64,000 nucleotides of DNA from Zancudomyces culisetae HAW-14-8 (lineage: Eukaryota; Fungi; Kickxellomycota). Positions 61,906-64,000 of this stretch are shown piece by piece (positions within the stretch are counted from its first letter, which is position 1; each line of letters starts with the position of its first letter). Both the position numbers and the translations under genes were made by a program. The stretch is taken from assembly GCA_052426225.1 (NCBI GenBank), contig JBNJNM010000010.1, positions 868,001 to 932,000 of the forward strand. The letters run 5' to 3'. The notes under the pieces are model-generated. The model made no database searches, had not been told where the DNA came from, and saw only the letters and a list, made by a program, of their open reading frames with translations.

Positions 61906-64000
61906 TAGCTTGCCAGACTTTGCGGCATCTATGGATTCATTGCAAGCAATGAAGTGTGCTTGTTTAGTTAGTCTACAGACGTCAACTAAGATAGAGTCAA
62001 AGTTATTTGAGCGTGGAAGTTTGACTATAAAGTCAATGGATGTAAATTGCCATGGGCGTTCTGGAATTGGTAACGGGGTGAGTAGTCCATAAGGCTTGTG
62101 TCTGGAGTGCTTGGTTTTTTGACAGGTATCACATCCTTTGATGTAGTTGTTGATATACTGTCTCATTCCTTTCCGGTAGAAGTCTTTGGCAATTAGATTA
62201 TATGTCTTGAACTGCCCTGGATGTCCAGCGGTAACTGCATCATGTCTGACCTTTAGAATTTCCAGTTTCTCTGATTCTGACTTGATTTCTCTGATCCGGG
62301 CGTTTTGAATTTGGACCTGATTTATCCATAATTTGTGCGGGAGAAGTGTGGATTCAAACTTTTGTGGGTTTGCGTAGGGTTTCCCCTCCTTAGGAAGCAA
62401 GTCGGTCCTCCGACTCAAGGCATCTGCTACAGGGTTTAAAGCTCCTGGTCTGTAGCAAAGTTTGAAGTCATACTCAGATAGGGTACCAGCCCATCTGGCA
62501 TGTCTTTGTTTTAATATGCGTTTTGACCTGAAAAAGGTTAGGTTCCGATGATCGGAATAAATGGATATAGGGTGAATTGCGCCTGATAGGTAGTGTCTCC
62601 AATGCTTGAGTGAGTCATCAATGGCTAAAAGTTCTTTGTCATGAACGTCGTAGTTCACTTCTGCGTCTACCAGCTTCCTGGAGTAAAATGCTACAGGATG
62701 TTGTTTGTCGATAGATTCTGGATCTGGTTGTGTCAGAACTGCTCCGATTGCAAAATCTGAAGCGTCGGTCTCTAGAGTGAACGGTAGATTGGGATCGACA
62801 TGATGTAGTATTGGAGCTGATGTTATCAGGTTCTTTAGGGTTATGAAGCGGTATTGCATTCTCCTGACCATTCAAATTTGATGTCCTTTTTGGTGAGATT
62901 AGTAAGTGGTTTTGCTACTTTGGAGTAGTCCCTGATAAATCTTCTGTAAAAGTTTGCAAATCCTAGAAAACTCATGACATCTTTACATTCTTTGGCGTCT
63001 CCCAATCTAGGATACTGATTACTTTGTCTTTGCTCATAGATATTCCTTTATCAGATACGACAAAGCCTAAGAATTCGACCGATTTCTGATCAAATAGACT
63101 TTTCTCGAGTTTGGCGTATAGTCCATGCTGCCGGAGCCGAACTAGTACGTCTTTGACATGTTTTGTATGGGTATCTTGATCTGGTGAGAAGATTAAAATA
63201 TCATCAAGATAAATTATCACCGAGATATCAAGCATGTCACGAAAAATGTCGTTCATCATGTGTTGGAATATCGCAGGAGCATTAGTAAGACCGAAAGGCA
63301 TTACTAAGTATACAAAGTGACCGTATCTAGACCTGAATGCTGTTTTCCATTCCTCACCTGGCTTCATTCTAACAAGATTGTAGGCTCCCCTGAGATCGAT
63401 CTTGGTGAATATTCTAGCTGATGATAAGCGATCTAGAAGTTCTGTGATAAGTGGAAGCGGATATCTGTTTTTGACTGTGATTTCATTGAGTTCTCGGTAG
63501 TCCACACACGGCCTTAGCCCTCCATCTTTCTTGTTCACAAAAAATATTGGTGCACCTGCAGGCGATTTGCTAGGTCTGATAAAACCCTTTTGGAGGTTTT
63601 CTTTGATGTATTCTTCAAGAGCTTTTAGTTCTGGCCCAGATAGGTTGTATATTGGTTTGAACGGTGGTATTTTGTCTTTGTCTTGGAGCGGGATTTTGCA
63701 GTCATAAGGTCTTAGGTTGGGTAGCATATCAGAATTCTTTTTTGAGAATACGTCAAGATAAACTTGGTATTTGATTGGTAGTGTAACTACGGTGTCTTCT
63801 GTATCAGTTGAGTGGTTTACTACTTGAATTTCATGTTTGTGTCTGAATTGTAAATTCAGTTGGTGCCAATCTATCTGAGGATTATGTTTTCTTAACCTTG
63901 GTAATCCAAGGATAATAGGTTGACTGAGGTTTTTGACAATATTGAAACTGAGAATTTCTTTGTATTTATTTATGGAGACCTGAGTTGCTTTGGTCGTTCT
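61906..64000 (-). mobile_element. Ty3/Gypsy (Tcn1/Tf-like) element 4: PR end, RT, RNase H and IN start; runs off the window
   Basis: ORF 63727-62972 (YLDD) and ORF 62871-61900 (TDAS, HHCC, IDF); the integrase is cut by the Tc1 end. Confidence 0.93.

Noticed and set aside
1-64000. TAA/TAG reassignment (alternative genetic code) suggested by in-frame stops
   Set aside because: The stops occur in decayed repeats alongside frameshifts; intact genes end normally in TAA or TAG.

Overview
AT-rich eukaryotic DNA, most likely from an early-diverging fungus. This is an inference from an MCM9 orthologue, a Fungal_trans-type regulator, DIRS and chromovirus elements, and a short spliceosomal intron. A small host-gene island (about 21-32 kb) holds a disrupted S/T-rich gene, an MCM9-like gene ending just after Walker A with a probable GC-AG intron, a 795-aa fungal transcription factor lacking a Zn2Cys6 cluster, and a 7TM GPCR. 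It lies between two dense clusters of nested, mostly defective transposons: four Ty3/Gypsy elements, many solo LTRs from at least six families, two DIRS tyrosine-recombinase retroelements, four Tc1 (DD34E) copies or fragments, and a LINE ORF1 remnant. One tRNA-Lys(UUU) gene is present. The most notable observations are (1) a decayed but frame-conserved unknown protein inside a repeat that ends like an LTR, in two copies; (2) a Gypsy solo LTR 10 nt upstream of the tRNA, suggesting Ty3-like Pol III targeting; (3) chromoviral LTRs with six-unit heat-shock elements; (4) a Tc1-bounded inversion with a 1.3-kb duplication; and (5) the truncated MCM9. All calls come from reading the sequence by eye; no database searches were run.
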